Shown here piece by piece: positions 16,826-27,938 of a stretch of DNA of 32,000 nt. Every line of letters starts with the position of its first letter. The first letter of the stretch is position 1. Made by a program: the position numbers and the translations under genes. The DNA is from an uncultured Erysipelotrichaceae bacterium (GTDB lineage Bacteria; Bacillota_I; Bacilli_A; Erysipelotrichales; Erysipelotrichaceae). The notes beneath the pieces were generated by a model, which did not search any database, was not told the DNA's origin, and saw only the letters and a list, made by a program, of their open reading frames with translations. The DNA lies in the NCBI GenBank assembly GCA_964401865.1, contig CAYNZZ010000007.1, positions 1-32,000 of the forward strand, written 5' to 3'.

Positions 16826-18496
16826 ATGCTAACAGATGTTCAAATTGCACAACAATGCACTATGGAACCAATCGTCAAGATTGCCTCTAAGCTAGGATTA
16901 ACCGAAGATGATTTAGAGCTTTATGGAAAATATAAAGCTAAGATTTCTTTAGAAACTATCAAACGTTTAAATGAAAAAGAAGATGGCAAATTAGTTCTGG
17001 TAACTGCTATCAATCCAACTCCGGCAGGAGAAGGAAAAACTACAACGATGATAGGCTTGGCACAAAGTTTAAATAAGATAGGTAAAAATGCTGTTGTAGC
17101 TATGCGTGAACCATCTTTGGGACCATGCTTTGGCGTTAAGGGTGGAGCTGCAGGTGGCGGTTATGCTCAAGTTGTGCCGATGGAAGATATTAACTTACAT
17201 TTTACAGGCGATATTCATGCCATCACCACTGCTAATAATTTGATTTCAGCGATGCTAGATAATTCTCTTCAACAAGGTAATCCCTTGAATATTGATGAAA
17301 GACAAATCGTATGGAAGAGATGTGTTGATTTAAACGATAGAGCTTTAAGACATATCGTAGTAGGTCTTGGTGGTAAAGCTAACGGGGTACCTAGAGAAGA
17401 TGGTTTTGACATTAGCGTCGCTAGCGAAGTAATGGGTGTATTGTGTTTGGCTACATCACTTGAAGATTTAAAAGCTAGAATCGCAAGAATGATTATTGCA
17501 TATTCGCGTGATGGCAAAGCAGTGACTGTTGATGATATTGGGGCAACTGGAGCTGTAACTTTACTTTTAAAAGATGCAATTAAACCAAATCTTGTGCAAA
17601 CCTTAACTCATACTCCTGTTTTTGTTCATGGTGGCCCATTTGCCAATATTGCACATGGCTGTAATTCGGTCATGGCGACAAAACTAGCTATTAAGTGCGG
17701 TGATATAGCTATTACTGAAGCTGGATTTGGAGCCGATTTAGGAGCTGAAAAATTCTTGGACATCAAGTGTCGTCAAGCTGGTTTGAAACCAGATGCTGTG
17801 GTAATTGTTGCAACAGTTAGAGCATTGAAGATGCACGGCGGATTAGATAAAAAAGAACTGGGTCACGAAGACTTAGAGGCATTGAGAAAAGGTGTTGAAA
17901 ACCTAGAGAAGCATATTGAAAATATTGCACAGTTTGGTGTTCCAAGCATTGTGGCTATTAATGCTTTTCCTACCGATACCGAAAATGAAATCAACCTTTT
18001 AAGAGAAATCTGTGAAAAGAAGGGTGTTAAAGTTTCAATTTCTGAGGTATGGGCCAAGGGCGCTGAAGGTGGTGTTGAACTAGCTAAAGAAGTAGTTAAG
18101 ATCTTAGAAGAAAAGAAAAGTAACTACAAACCAATTTATGATTTAGATATGTCAATTGCCGAGAAGATCAAAACTATTGCGTCAAAGATTTATGGTGCTG
18201 ATGATGTAATTTTCTCTAAGAAAGTGTTGACTAAGATTAACAGATATAGTGAACAAGGTTTAGACAAGCTTCCTATTTGTATCGCTAAAACTCAGTATTC
18301 TTTGAGTGATGATGCAAGTTTACTTGGAAGACCAACAAACTTTAAAATTGAAGTAAATGATTTGATTCCTAACGCTGGTTCCGGTTTCTTAGTTGCAATT
18401 TGCGGTGATATTATGCGTATGCCAGGACTTCCAAAAGTTCCGGCTGCTAATCATATGGATATCAAAGAAAACGGCGAAATTGTCGGTCTATTTTAA
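16826..18496 (+). CDS. fhs: formate--tetrahydrofolate ligase (10-formyl-THF synthetase)
   Basis: The track start 16775 would place the first 17 codons across the riboswitch terminator. ATG 16826 (MLTDVQIAQ...) gives 556 aa, the normal Fhs length and N-terminus. The P-loop is [10 protein letters not shown]. Confidence 0.95.
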   Translation: MLTDVQIAQQCTMEPIVKIASKLGLTEDDLELYGKYKAKISLETIKRLNEKEDGKLVLVTAINPTPAGEGKTTTMIGLAQSLNKIGKNAVVAMREPSLGPCFGVKGGAAGGGYAQVVPMEDINLHFTGDIHAITTANNLISAMLDNSLQQGNPLNIDERQIVWKRCVDLNDRALRHIVVGLGGKANGVPREDGFDISVASEVMGVLCLATSLEDLKARIARMIIAYSRDGKAVTVDDIGATGAVTLLLKDAIKPNLVQTLTHTPVFVHGGPFANIAHGCNSVMATKLAIKCGDIAITEAGFGADLGAEKFLDIKCRQAGLKPDAVVIVATVRALKMHGGLDKKELGHEDLEALRKGVENLEKHIENIAQFGVPSIVAINAFPTDTENEINLLREICEKKGVKVSISEVWAKGAEGGVELAKEVVKILEEKKSNYKPIYDLDMSIAEKIKTIASKIYGADDVIFSKKVLTKINRYSEQGLDKLPICIAKTQYSLSDDASLLGRPTNFKIEVNDLIPNAGSGFLVAICGDIMRMPGLPKVPAANHMDIKENGEIVGLF

Positions 18497-18504
18497 GGAG
18501 TGAT

Positions 18505-18993
18505 ATGAAAGTAGCAATTATAATGGGTTCAACCAGTGATCTTGCAAAAGTTGAACCAGCGATTGAAATATTAAAAAGTCATCATGTTGATGTAGATGTT
18601 AGATGTCTTTCTGCTCATCGTGCGCATAAAGGATTGAGTGAATTTGTGGAAAAGCTCAATAATGATGGAACAGAGGCTATCATTACTGCTGCTGGTATGG
18701 CTGCTGCACTTCCTGGAGTCGTTGCTTCAATGACAACTATTCCAGTTATCGGCGTTCCTTTGTCAGGATCGGTACTAGATGGTATGGATGCATTGATGTC
18801 AATTGTTCAGATGCCGTCTGGAATACCGGTGGCAACTGTTGCGATTAATGGAAGCAAGAACGCTGCTCATCTAGCGTTACAAATTTTAGGCGTTAAATAT
18901 CCTGAAATACGTAAGACCTTGATAGCGGAAAGAGTAGTAATGGAAGAAAAAGCTATGCAGGCAAATAATGAAATAATCGAAAAATATAGATAA
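18505..18993 (+). CDS. purE: PurE (N5-CAIR mutase / AIR carboxylase family)
   Basis: 162 aa with [24 protein letters not shown] and [23 protein letters not shown] lies upstream. Confidence 0.93.
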   Translation: MKVAIIMGSTSDLAKVEPAIEILKSHHVDVDVRCLSAHRAHKGLSEFVEKLNNDGTEAIITAAGMAAALPGVVASMTTIPVIGVPLSGSVLDGMDALMSIVQMPSGIPVATVAINGSKNAAHLALQILGVKYPEIRKTLIAERVVMEEKAMQANNEIIEKYR

Positions 18994-19003
18994 GGGGAAG
19001 AAA

Positions 19004-20035
19004 ATGAGCGAAAAATATAAAGAAGCAGGCGTTGATTTAGAAGCAGGCTATGAATCGGTAAGACTAATTAAATCACATGTCGCAAGAACTAAGGTACTGG
19101 GTGCTGTTGATTCAATCGGTGCTTTTGGAGGAATGTTTGATCTAAGCCTGTTAAATATGAAAGAGCCAGTTTTGGTATCTGGAACTGATGGCGTTGGCAC
19201 GAAACTAATGATTGCCTTTGACTATGATAAACATGACACTATCGGTATTGATGCGGTAGCAATGTGTGTCAATGATGTTTTGGTGCAAGGCGCTATGCCA
19301 ATCTTTTTCTTAGATTATTTAGCTGTAGGCAAAAACTATCCTAAGAAAATTGAACAACTGGTCAAAGGTGTTGCTGACGGATGTGTATTGTCAGAATGCG
19401 CATTGATTGGTGGCGAAACAGCAGAAATGCCAGACATGTATGATGAAAATCACTATGATATTGCCGGATTCTGTGTTGGCGCAGTTGAGAAGAGCAAGCT
19501 GTTAAATGGTCAAAATATCGCTGAAGGTCATGTGTTAATTGGTTTGCCTTCTAGTGGCTGTCATTCTAATGGTTATTCCTTGATTAGAAAAGTCTTATTA
19601 AAAGATGCAAAGCTTGATTTACACACTAAATATGCTGAATTAGATAAAGAGTTAGGCGAAGAACTACTTACTCCTACAAAAATCTATGTCAAGGCTATTA
19701 AACATTTATTGAACAGTGGTCTTGATATTAAGGGTATGTCGCACATCACTGGTGGCGGATTCTTTGAAAATGTGCCAAGAATGTTGAAAGATGGTCAAGG
19801 TGTTAGCATTAATGTTAAATCATTCCCGAGACCAAAAATCTTTGATTTCATCATGAAGACTGGCGATATCGACGAAAAAGAAATGTATAATGTTTTTAAC
19901 ATGGGAATAGGATTTATCTTAGCTGTTGATAAAAATGATGTAGATAAGGCGATCACATTGTTAAGTGAAATTGACGAAAAGGCTTATGTAATTGGTGAAG
20001 TAACTAATTCGGGTATGGTTGATTTAAAATGGTAA
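19004..20035 (+). CDS. purM: phosphoribosylformylglycinamidine cyclo-ligase (AIR synthase)
   Basis: 343 aa with [25 protein letters not shown] and HITGGG motifs. Confidence 0.95.
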   Translation: MSEKYKEAGVDLEAGYESVRLIKSHVARTKVLGAVDSIGAFGGMFDLSLLNMKEPVLVSGTDGVGTKLMIAFDYDKHDTIGIDAVAMCVNDVLVQGAMPIFFLDYLAVGKNYPKKIEQLVKGVADGCVLSECALIGGETAEMPDMYDENHYDIAGFCVGAVEKSKLLNGQNIAEGHVLIGLPSSGCHSNGYSLIRKVLLKDAKLDLHTKYAELDKELGEELLTPTKIYVKAIKHLLNSGLDIKGMSHITGGGFFENVPRMLKDGQGVSINVKSFPRPKIFDFIMKTGDIDEKEMYNVFNMGIGFILAVDKNDVDKAITLLSEIDEKAYVIGEVTNSGMVDLKW

Positions 20036-20637
20036 AAATCGCAGTATTTGTGTCAGGTGGTGGAACAAATTTACAATCGTTGATAGATCATAAGTTTGAA
20101 AACGGAAGCATTGAGCTTGTAATATCAAACAGAGAAAGTGCTTATGGTTTGAAACGAGCTAGAAATGCAGGTATTAAGGCAATATTCGAAAAAGATCAAA
20201 ATAAAATCTTAGAAATACTAAAAGAAAACGAGATTGATTTAATTGTCTTAGCTGGTTATCTAGCCATCATATCCGACGAACTTATCAAGGAATATGAAAA
20301 CAGAATAATCAACATCCATCCATCACTTATTCCATCATTCTGTGGAAAAGGATATTATGGTTTACATGTTCACGAGAAAGCTTTTGAAAGAGGGGTTAAA
20401 GTTTCAGGACCAACTGTTCACTTTGTAAACGGAGTGGTAGACGGCGGGCCTATTATCTTGCAGAAAGCAATTGATGTAAGTACAGCTAAAAGTCCTGAAG
20501 AGATGCAACAAATGGTCTTAGTCCTAGAACACGAGATTTTGCCTAAGGCCGTAGAATTATATTGTGATAATAAATTAGAAATAGTTGAAGGAAGGGTAAT
20601 AATAAATGAGAAGAGCGCTAATTTCAGTAACAGATAA
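20029..20637 (+). CDS. purN: phosphoribosylglycinamide formyltransferase
   Basis: 202 aa with [23 protein letters not shown] and SGPTVHFV. The ATG overlaps the purM end by 7 nt. Confidence 0.93.
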   Translation: MVKIAVFVSGGGTNLQSLIDHKFENGSIELVISNRESAYGLKRARNAGIKAIFEKDQNKILEILKENEIDLIVLAGYLAIISDELIKEYENRIINIHPSLIPSFCGKGYYGLHVHEKAFERGVKVSGPTVHFVNGVVDGGPIILQKAIDVSTAKSPEEMQQMVLVLEHEILPKAVELYCDNKLEIVEGRVIINEKSANFSNR

Positions 20638-22129
20638 AACTGGTGTCGTTGAGTTCGCTAAAGGTCTAGAAAAGCTAGGCTTTGAAATTGTATCAACCGG
20701 TGGTACACTGTCTAAACTACAAAGCGAAGGTGTAAAAGCTATTGCCATTGATGAAGTAACAGGTTTTCCTGAAATTCTAGATGGTCGTGTTAAAACTTTA
20801 CATCCAATGGTTCACGGCGGTTTGTTGTATAGAAGAGATAACGCAAATCATGTAGAGACAGTGGAAAAGATGAACATTAAACCAATTGATTTGGTTTGTG
20901 TTAATCTATACGAATTTGAAAAAGCATTGCGTAATCATAAGCCACTTGATGAAATGATTGAAAACATTGATATTGGTGGTCCTTCAATGATTAGAAGTGC
21001 AGCTAAAAACTTTAAAGATGTGTTGATTGTTACTGATCCAAGTGATTATGATTCGGTATTAAAAGCTATTGAAGAAAAAGGCGATGATTTTGATTTCAGA
21101 AAGAATCTTGCTTATAAGGCATTCTCTAAAACAGGTGCTTATGATGCGATGATTTCTCGTTTTTTCGCTGGTATTTGTAATGATGAATTCCCAGATATTT
21201 TAAATATTTCGTTAAAGAAGGTTGAACATTTAAGATATGGTGAAAACTCGCAACAGAAAGCTAATAAATATGAAGATTCATATGTAGAAAAATCTTTGCT
21301 TGATTATGAACAACTTCATGGTAAAGAAATATCTTTCAATAATGTTAATGACTTATATGGGGCGGTGGCATTAGTTAGAGAATTTAAAGATCAGATTGTT
21401 ACAGCTGCTATTAAACATTCAACACCATGTGGTGTGGCAATTGGTGAGAGTGGTTATGATTCTTATATGAAAGCATACAATGCTGACCCACAATCAATTT
21501 TCGGTGGCATTGTAGCTACTAACTACAAGATTGATAAAGAAACTGCTGTTAAAATGAATGAGATTTTCTTAGAAATTGTTGCAGCGCCGGATTTTGATGA
21601 AGAAGCTTTGGAAATCTTGGAAAAGAAGAAAAATCTTCGCATTTTGAAACTCAAAAATATTGACGCAAGAGATGCAAAATATGACATTAAATATTTAGAA
21701 GGCAAGGTTTTAGTTCAAGATTTAAATACTGTGATGTTTGATGAATTAAAGACTGTTACTGAAGCAAAACCTACTGATGAACAGATCAAAGATATGGAAT
21801 TCGGTATGCGCGTTGTTAAATATGTTAAGTCTAATGCTATCTGTATTGTTAAAAATGGTGTAACACTTGCGATTGGCGGAGGTCAGACATCAAGAGTATG
21901 GGCTTTAGAAAATGCTATTCACAACAATCCAGATAAAGATTTTAATGGGTCAGTGTTAGCTTCGGATGCTTTCTTCCCATTCAATGACTGTGTTAAGGTT
22001 GCACATGATGCAGGAATTAGTGCCATCATTCAACCTGGTGGAAGCATTAAAGATCAAGATTCTATCGACTTATGTAATGAATATGGTATGCCAATGGTAT
22101 TTAGTGGCTATCGTCATTTCCGCCATTAG
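20606..22129 (+). CDS. purH: bifunctional AICAR transformylase / IMP cyclohydrolase
   Basis: 507 aa. The N-terminus is [11 protein letters not shown] (MGS-like domain), with KTLHP and C-terminal SGYRHFRH. The start overlaps the purN 3' end, with GGAAGGG upstream. Confidence 0.95.
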   Translation: MRRALISVTDKTGVVEFAKGLEKLGFEIVSTGGTLSKLQSEGVKAIAIDEVTGFPEILDGRVKTLHPMVHGGLLYRRDNANHVETVEKMNIKPIDLVCVNLYEFEKALRNHKPLDEMIENIDIGGPSMIRSAAKNFKDVLIVTDPSDYDSVLKAIEEKGDDFDFRKNLAYKAFSKTGAYDAMISRFFAGICNDEFPDILNISLKKVEHLRYGENSQQKANKYEDSYVEKSLLDYEQLHGKEISFNNVNDLYGAVALVREFKDQIVTAAIKHSTPCGVAIGESGYDSYMKAYNADPQSIFGGIVATNYKIDKETAVKMNEIFLEIVAAPDFDEEALEILEKKKNLRILKLKNIDARDAKYDIKYLEGKVLVQDLNTVMFDELKTVTEAKPTDEQIKDMEFGMRVVKYVKSNAICIVKNGVTLAIGGGQTSRVWALENAIHNNPDKDFNGSVLASDAFFPFNDCVKVAHDAGISAIIQPGGSIKDQDSIDLCNEYGMPMVFSGYRHFRH

Positions 22130-22137
22130 GAGTAAAT

Positions 22138-23388
22138 ATGAAGGTATTAGTGATTGGTAGTGGTGGCAGAGAACATGCACTTGCGTATGCAATTTCAAAA
22201 AGTCCTAAATTAGATAAGTTATATTGCTTGCCTGGTAACCCCGGTATGGCAGACATTGCGACATTGGTTGATGGAAAAGTTGATGATTTAGAGGCTATCT
22301 TAAATTTTGTGGAAAGCGAAGGGATTGATTTTACTGTCATTGGTCCCGAAGTTCCTTTATGCCTTGGGTTGGCTGACCTTCTTGAAAGAAATGGTCATAA
22401 AGTGTTTGGACCTATTTCTAAAGGAGCTCATTTAGAGGGCTCCAAAGCATATGCAAAAGAATTTATGGTTAAACATAATATTCCGACTGCCGCTTATAAA
22501 GAAGTTGATAATTATGAAGATGGCATTAAGGCCTTAGAAACATTTAATTATCCGCTTGTCATTAAAGCTGATGGTTTGGCTGCCGGCAAGGGCGTCGTCA
22601 TTTGTGAAGATGAGGCTGTTGCTACAGAAACTCTAAAAGAGATGATGTTAGAAGGAGCTTTAAACAGGGCTGGCAATGTAGTGGTAATTGAAGAATTTTT
22701 GACCGGTTTTGAATGTTCTTTGTTGTGTTTTGTCGATGGCGAAAGCATTGTTCCGATGGTTAGTGTTAAAGACCATAAACAAATTTATGATGATAATAAG
22801 GGACCTAACACTGGCGGAATGGGCAGCGTTTCACCTAATCCATTTTTAAAGGATATGGATGAAGTTTTTGATAAAACAATCTTAAAACCATTTCTACAAG
22901 GCTTAAAAGAAGATGGTATCGACTATCGTGGGGTTATTTTTATCGGGCTGATGATCGAAAATGATGAAGCTAAAGTCTTAGAGTTTAATGTGAGATTTGG
23001 CGATCCAGAAACTCAATCGATAGTTTTAAGACTTGATAGCGATTTACTAGAAATAATGATGGCAGTAAGTGAAAAACGCTTGAAAGATATTGATATAAAG
23101 TGGAAAGATGAAACAGCAGTATGTCTTGTCTTAGCATCTGATGGTTATCCTAACACTTATAAAAAAGGATTAGCAATTACAGGCTTAGATAAAACCGATG
23201 AAGATATTGTTGTTTTCCACGCCGGAACTAAAAAAAGTGATAATCAGATTCTTACTAATGGTGGTCGTGTTTTAAATATTTGCGCATTAGGTAAGGACTT
23301 GAGAGATTGTCGCAATAAAGTATATAAGGCAGCTGATAAAATTAACTTTGAAGGTAAATATTATCGCAAAGATATTGGATTACATTAG
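22138..23388 (+). CDS. purD: phosphoribosylamine--glycine ligase
   Basis: 416 aa. The N-terminus is MKVLVIGSGGREHALA, with an ATP-grasp core (LVIKADGLAAGKGV, EFNVRFGDPE). Confidence 0.95.
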   Translation: MKVLVIGSGGREHALAYAISKSPKLDKLYCLPGNPGMADIATLVDGKVDDLEAILNFVESEGIDFTVIGPEVPLCLGLADLLERNGHKVFGPISKGAHLEGSKAYAKEFMVKHNIPTAAYKEVDNYEDGIKALETFNYPLVIKADGLAAGKGVVICEDEAVATETLKEMMLEGALNRAGNVVVIEEFLTGFECSLLCFVDGESIVPMVSVKDHKQIYDDNKGPNTGGMGSVSPNPFLKDMDEVFDKTILKPFLQGLKEDGIDYRGVIFIGLMIENDEAKVLEFNVRFGDPETQSIVLRLDSDLLEIMMAVSEKRLKDIDIKWKDETAVCLVLASDGYPNTYKKGLAITGLDKTDEDIVVFHAGTKKSDNQILTNGGRVLNICALGKDLRDCRNKVYKAADKINFEGKYYRKDIGLH

Positions 23389-23396
23389 GAGATAGT

Positions 23397-26300
23397 ATGA
23401 ATAAAGTGTACCGAGTTTATGTAAAGAAACAAAAAGCTTATGCCGTTGAAGCAAATGAGTTGCTAGAAAATATCAAGACTCAATTAAAACTAGACAATTT
23501 AAAGGATTTAGAGGTTATCAATCGCTATGATATTGAAGGGGTAAGCGAAGAAAATTTAAATAAGGCTATTCCTACTATATTGAGTGAACCGATGGTTGAT
23601 GAAGTATATCTTGACGAATACGACTTCAGCAATCATGCCTTTGCGGTAGAATTTTTACCTGGGCAATATGACCAAAGGGCTGATGCTACTAAACAATGTT
23701 TTGAAATATTAGGGCAGGATGGCGAAGTTAAAGTTAAATTTGCCAAGGTTATTAATTTATTTGGTGAATTGAGCGAAGAAGATGTGTTAAAGATTAAACA
23801 TTTTATGGTTAATCCGGTTGATCAAAGGATTGCGAGCCTAGATAAATTTGAATCTCTAGATGATGAAAAAATTGAAATCAATAAAGTTCCAAGTGTTGAA
23901 GGCTTCATCAATTTCGGTGATGAAGAATTGAAAAATCTGTTGAACAAAATGTCATTAGCAATGAATTTTGATGACCTTAAATTGACACAGGATTACTTTA
24001 AAAATGATGCTCAAAGAGATCCGAGCGAAACAGAAATTCGTGTATTAGATACATATTGGTCAGACCATTGTCGTCATACTACTTTCGCAACGATTATTGA
24101 TAATATTAAAGTTAATGACGATGAATTCAAATCGGTTTATGAACAAGATTTAAGTGATTATATCAATTCGCGTAAACTTGTCTACGGTCTTGATACCAAA
24201 CGTCCTATAACATTAATGGATTTGGCAACAATTTCAATGAAAGAACTTAGAAAACAAGGCTATCTTGATGATTTAGAGGTTTCTAAAGAAATCAATGCCT
24301 GCTCAGTTGAAGTTGATGTTAATACTAGTGAGGGTGTAGAAAAATGGTTATTGATGTTCAAGAATGAAACACATAATCATCCAACTGAAATCGAGCCATT
24401 TGGTGGTGCTGCCACTTGTCTTGGCGGAGCAATAAGAGATCCGCTTTCAGGCAGAGCCTATGTATATCAATCTATGCGTATAACTGGAGCAGGTGATCCT
24501 CGCACATCATTTGAAGATACACTAAAAGGAAAGCTCCCTCAACGCAAAATATGTAAAGAAGCTGCCCATGGTTTTTCATCGTATGGAAATCAGATTGGCC
24601 TTACAACTGGTTATGTTCATGAAATATATGACGAAGGCTACTTGGCAAAGAGAATGGAGCTAGGGGCTGTTGTAGCCGCAGCGCCAAAATCGCAGGTTAA
24701 ACGTTTAGAGCCATTAAAGGGACATATTGTTCTCTTGATTGGTGGCAGAACTGGTAGAGATGGTATTGGTGGGGCAACCGGCTCATCAAAGACACATAGT
24801 GAGAAAACCACAAGTACTGCTGGAGCCGAAGTACAAAAGGGTAATCCAGTTGAAGAAAGAAAGATTCAAAGATTATTCAGAAATCCTTTAGTATCCGAAA
24901 AGATTGTTCGTTGTAATGACTTTGGTGCCGGTGGTGTATCGGTAGCGGTTGGTGAATTAGCTGATAGCTTAGACATCGAACTGGATGCAGTATTAAAGAA
25001 ATATGATGGATTGAACGGTACTGAACTTGCAATTTCTGAATCTCAAGAGCGTATGGCTATTGTCATTGACCCGAAAGATATGGATTTCATCACCAAGGCT
25101 TGTAAAGATGAAAATCTTGAAGTTGTTAAAGTGGCAACTGTAACTGATGACGGTCATTTAAGAATGTCATATCTTGGACAGACTATTGTTGATATTAAAC
25201 GTGATTTCTTAGATGAGAATGGTGCTCCAAGACATCAAGACGTCATGATTCAAGGACCTGATATGCGTGTTAATCCATTTAAGGGTGTATCAGAAAAAGA
25301 CTTTGTCAAAGCTAGCAAAGATATTTTAAGTTCGCTTGATGTATGTAGCCAAAAAGGTTTAGTTGAATGTTTTGATTCTTCTATTGGTGCATCTACTGTT
25401 TTATCGCCATTTGGTGGCAAATATAATCAGACGGAAACTGAAGGTATGGTTGCCTTGCTTCCAGTTTTAGGTAAAGAGACAACTACTTGTTCAATCATGG
25501 CATATGGCTATGATCCAAAGGTTGCTAAGTGGTCGCCATATCATGGAGCTATTTATGCAGTTGTTGAATCATTGACTAAGATTGTGGCAATGGGCGGAAA
25601 CTATAAAACAGTTAGATTCTCATTTCAAGAATTCTTTGAAAAGTTATTAAATGATGCTACAAGATGGGGCAAACCTTTAGAAGCATTATTAGGCGCTTAT
25701 AAAGCACAGAGCGCATTGAAGTTGGCATCAATAGGTGGAAAAGACTCGATGTCTGGTTCGTTTGAAAACTTAGATGTTCCGCCAACATTTGTATCTTTTG
25801 CGATTACTCATGGCGAAGCCGATCAAATCATTACGCCAGAACTAAAGGGCGAGAATCATAAATTGTATGTATTAACAGCCAAAAGAGATGATAAACACTT
25901 GATTGATTTTAACAGTTTGATGTCAATGTATGATGAAGTTATCAAATTAAATGGTGAAAAGAAAATATATAGTGCCTATACAGTTAAAACCGGCGGTATA
26001 TTAGAAGCTATCTATAAGATGGCATTTGGCAATAAGATTGGCGTATTGTTGAATGATGAATTATCGATCGAAGAACTAAGCTATAAAAACTATGGTTCAA
26101 TCATTATCGAAGTTGACGAAAAAACCACTATTGATTATCCGCATAAACTTGTCGGTAAGACTATTGGCGAGGCGTGTGTATGCTATGGCGATAAGAAAGT
26201 AAGTCTCGATGAAGCATATCAAGCTTATGAAATGCCTTTAGAGAGTGTATATCCTAGTAAGATCGAAACTAAAAAGAGTGCAGTAATCTCTAAGGAGTGC

Positions 26301-27137
26301 ACTTTAAGACCTAAGCTACACGCATCAAAGACATATGATGAAGTAAAGGTTGTAATACCGGTATTTCCAGGAACTAACTGTGAATATGATTCGAAACGTG
26401 CTTTCGAAAGAGCTGGCGCCAAGGTCGAACTTGTAATCATTAGAAATAAGACTAAGGAAGATGTTGAAAACTCAATTAATGATTTAGTTAAAGCTATTAG
26501 TGATACACAAATTATTATGCTCCCTGGCGGTTTTAGCGCTGGTGACGAACCGGAAGGATCGGGTAAATTTATCGCTACCGTATTGAGAAATGAGAAGATA
26601 AAAAATGCCATTGATGATTTATTGGATAATCGCGAGGGCTTAATGATTGGTATCTGCAATGGTTTCCAAGCATTAATCAAACTGGGATTACTACCTGATG
26701 GACATATCAGAAATATGTCGAAAGATGATGCTACTCTAACCTTTAACACCATTAATCGTCATTTATCACAAATGGTAAGAACAAAGATTACTTCTACTAA
26801 TTCACCATGGCTGGCAAATGTTAGTGTTGGTGATATTCATACAATTCCTATCTCTCATGGTGAAGGTAGATTTGTAGCTCCTGAAGCACTAATTGAAGAA
26901 TTGTTCAATAATGGACAGGTAATAACTCAATATGTTGATAATAATGATGAAGTTACAATGGAATCACCATTTAACCCTAACGGATCAATGATGGCTATTG
27001 AAGGCATTGTATCAAGAGATGGAAGAATACTTGGCAAGATGGGGCACAGTGAAAGAATCGGTGAAAACCGCTATAAGAACATTTATGGCGAAATGGATCA
27101 AAAGCTGTTTGAGGCTGGCGTAAGCTACTTCAAATAA
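23397..27137 (+). CDS. purL: phosphoribosylformylglycinamidine synthase, single-chain large form with C-terminal glutaminase
   Basis: 1246 aa. The synthetase part has HNHPTEIEPFGGAATC and DFGAGG. The C-terminal triad-type amidotransferase has GICNGFQ and SHGEGR. Confidence 0.95.
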   Translation: MNKVYRVYVKKQKAYAVEANELLENIKTQLKLDNLKDLEVINRYDIEGVSEENLNKAIPTILSEPMVDEVYLDEYDFSNHAFAVEFLPGQYDQRADATKQCFEILGQDGEVKVKFAKVINLFGELSEEDVLKIKHFMVNPVDQRIASLDKFESLDDEKIEINKVPSVEGFINFGDEELKNLLNKMSLAMNFDDLKLTQDYFKNDAQRDPSETEIRVLDTYWSDHCRHTTFATIIDNIKVNDDEFKSVYEQDLSDYINSRKLVYGLDTKRPITLMDLATISMKELRKQGYLDDLEVSKEINACSVEVDVNTSEGVEKWLLMFKNETHNHPTEIEPFGGAATCLGGAIRDPLSGRAYVYQSMRITGAGDPRTSFEDTLKGKLPQRKICKEAAHGFSSYGNQIGLTTGYVHEIYDEGYLAKRMELGAVVAAAPKSQVKRLEPLKGHIVLLIGGRTGRDGIGGATGSSKTHSEKTTSTAGAEVQKGNPVEERKIQRLFRNPLVSEKIVRCNDFGAGGVSVAVGELADSLDIELDAVLKKYDGLNGTELAISESQERMAIVIDPKDMDFITKACKDENLEVVKVATVTDDGHLRMSYLGQTIVDIKRDFLDENGAPRHQDVMIQGPDMRVNPFKGVSEKDFVKASKDILSSLDVCSQKGLVECFDSSIGASTVLSPFGGKYNQTETEGMVALLPVLGKETTTCSIMAYGYDPKVAKWSPYHGAIYAVVESLTKIVAMGGNYKTVRFSFQEFFEKLLNDATRWGKPLEALLGAYKAQSALKLASIGGKDSMSGSFENLDVPPTFVSFAITHGEADQIITPELKGENHKLYVLTAKRDDKHLIDFNSLMSMYDEVIKLNGEKKIYSAYTVKTGGILEAIYKMAFGNKIGVLLNDELSIEELSYKNYGSIIIEVDEKTTIDYPHKLVGKTIGEACVCYGDKKVSLDEAYQAYEMPLESVYPSKIETKKSAVISKECTLRPKLHASKTYDEVKVVIPVFPGTNCEYDSKRAFERAGAKVELVIIRNKTKEDVENSINDLVKAISDTQIIMLPGGFSAGDEPEGSGKFIATVLRNEKIKNAIDDLLDNREGLMIGICNGFQALIKLGLLPDGHIRNMSKDDATLTFNTINRHLSQMVRTKITSTNSPWLANVSVGDIHTIPISHGEGRFVAPEALIEELFNNGQVITQYVDNNDEVTMESPFNPNGSMMAIEGIVSRDGRILGKMGHSERIGENRYKNIYGEMDQKLFEAGVSYFK

Positions 27138-27246
27138 ATAGATATAATCTAAAAATAGTAGATAATATCTAACAGGAATATGACCAGAGGAAAGCAAAAC
27201 ATTAAAGATTTTAAAGCAACAATAATAAAAAGGGGCAGTATAAAAA

Positions 27247-27780
27247 ATGAAAAAAACATTGCTTGTAATTGTAGGTTTACTGATTGGCTGTTTAGCGACG
27301 GCAGTGTTTTACGAATATAATGATTTCAGAGAAAGTGAAACTGACACTGATTATGTGTGTAGTCGATATTCGAATGCGTTTAATGATGTCGAATATATAA
27401 AACCATCATCGACAGTAGATTTCTATCACGATGGAAACGAATATTTCTTTAATATAACATTAGATTTGAATGATAGAGTTGATTTTTCGGGTTACAGTAA
27501 CAATGATACAATGTTTGTGAGCATTTCATTTGATAGTTTAATTCCGTATTCTATCTTGGAAGCTAATCATAAATATATTCAAATCCCACTTCAAAATGGT
27601 AAAATGCCGGAAAAATTCAGTTTCGTTGTTGATGATGAAGATAATGCCTTTAGTGGTAAAGATTTAGAAATATTAAACACTTTTTTAAATCAGGAAAGCA
27701 GCGAACTGGTTGTAAGCATCAATCTTTTTGATCCCAATGGGATAGTTACGCACATTATGGATGTGTTTATAACGGAATAA
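27247..27780 (+). CDS. hypothetical secreted protein or lipoprotein
   Basis: N-terminal signal-like MKKTLLVIVGLLIGC-LA with a possible lipobox. 177 aa, no family recognised. Confidence 0.6.
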   Translation: MKKTLLVIVGLLIGCLATAVFYEYNDFRESETDTDYVCSRYSNAFNDVEYIKPSSTVDFYHDGNEYFFNITLDLNDRVDFSGYSNNDTMFVSISFDSLIPYSILEANHKYIQIPLQNGKMPEKFSFVVDDEDNAFSGKDLEILNTFLNQESSELVVSINLFDPNGIVTHIMDVFITE

Positions 27781-27909
27781 TTAAACTGTTCTATGTGAAG
27801 TAAGACATTCAATGATATTGATCTCATTATTTAATGCATAGTAAAGATTTACTAAAATGTACTAAAAATATCATTGTCTAACGATGACATACCATCGCAG
27901 TCAATGTGT

Positions 27910-27938
27910 AAAGGGGCTGATGTAGTTCAGTCCTTTTT
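27910..27938 (+). terminator. rho-independent terminator
   Basis: aaagg(g)gctga (27910-27920) pairs with tcagtccttt (27927-27936), with one bulge and one G-U pair. The T-run ends at 27938. It lies 130 nt downstream of the preceding stop codon. Confidence 0.6.

Noticed and set aside
27139-27171. AT-rich hairpin (tagatat/atatcta) just after purL as the operon terminator
   Set aside because: It has only 7 A-T-rich base pairs, a 19-nt loop and no T-tract. It is not convincing as an intrinsic terminator, so how the pur operon terminates is unresolved.
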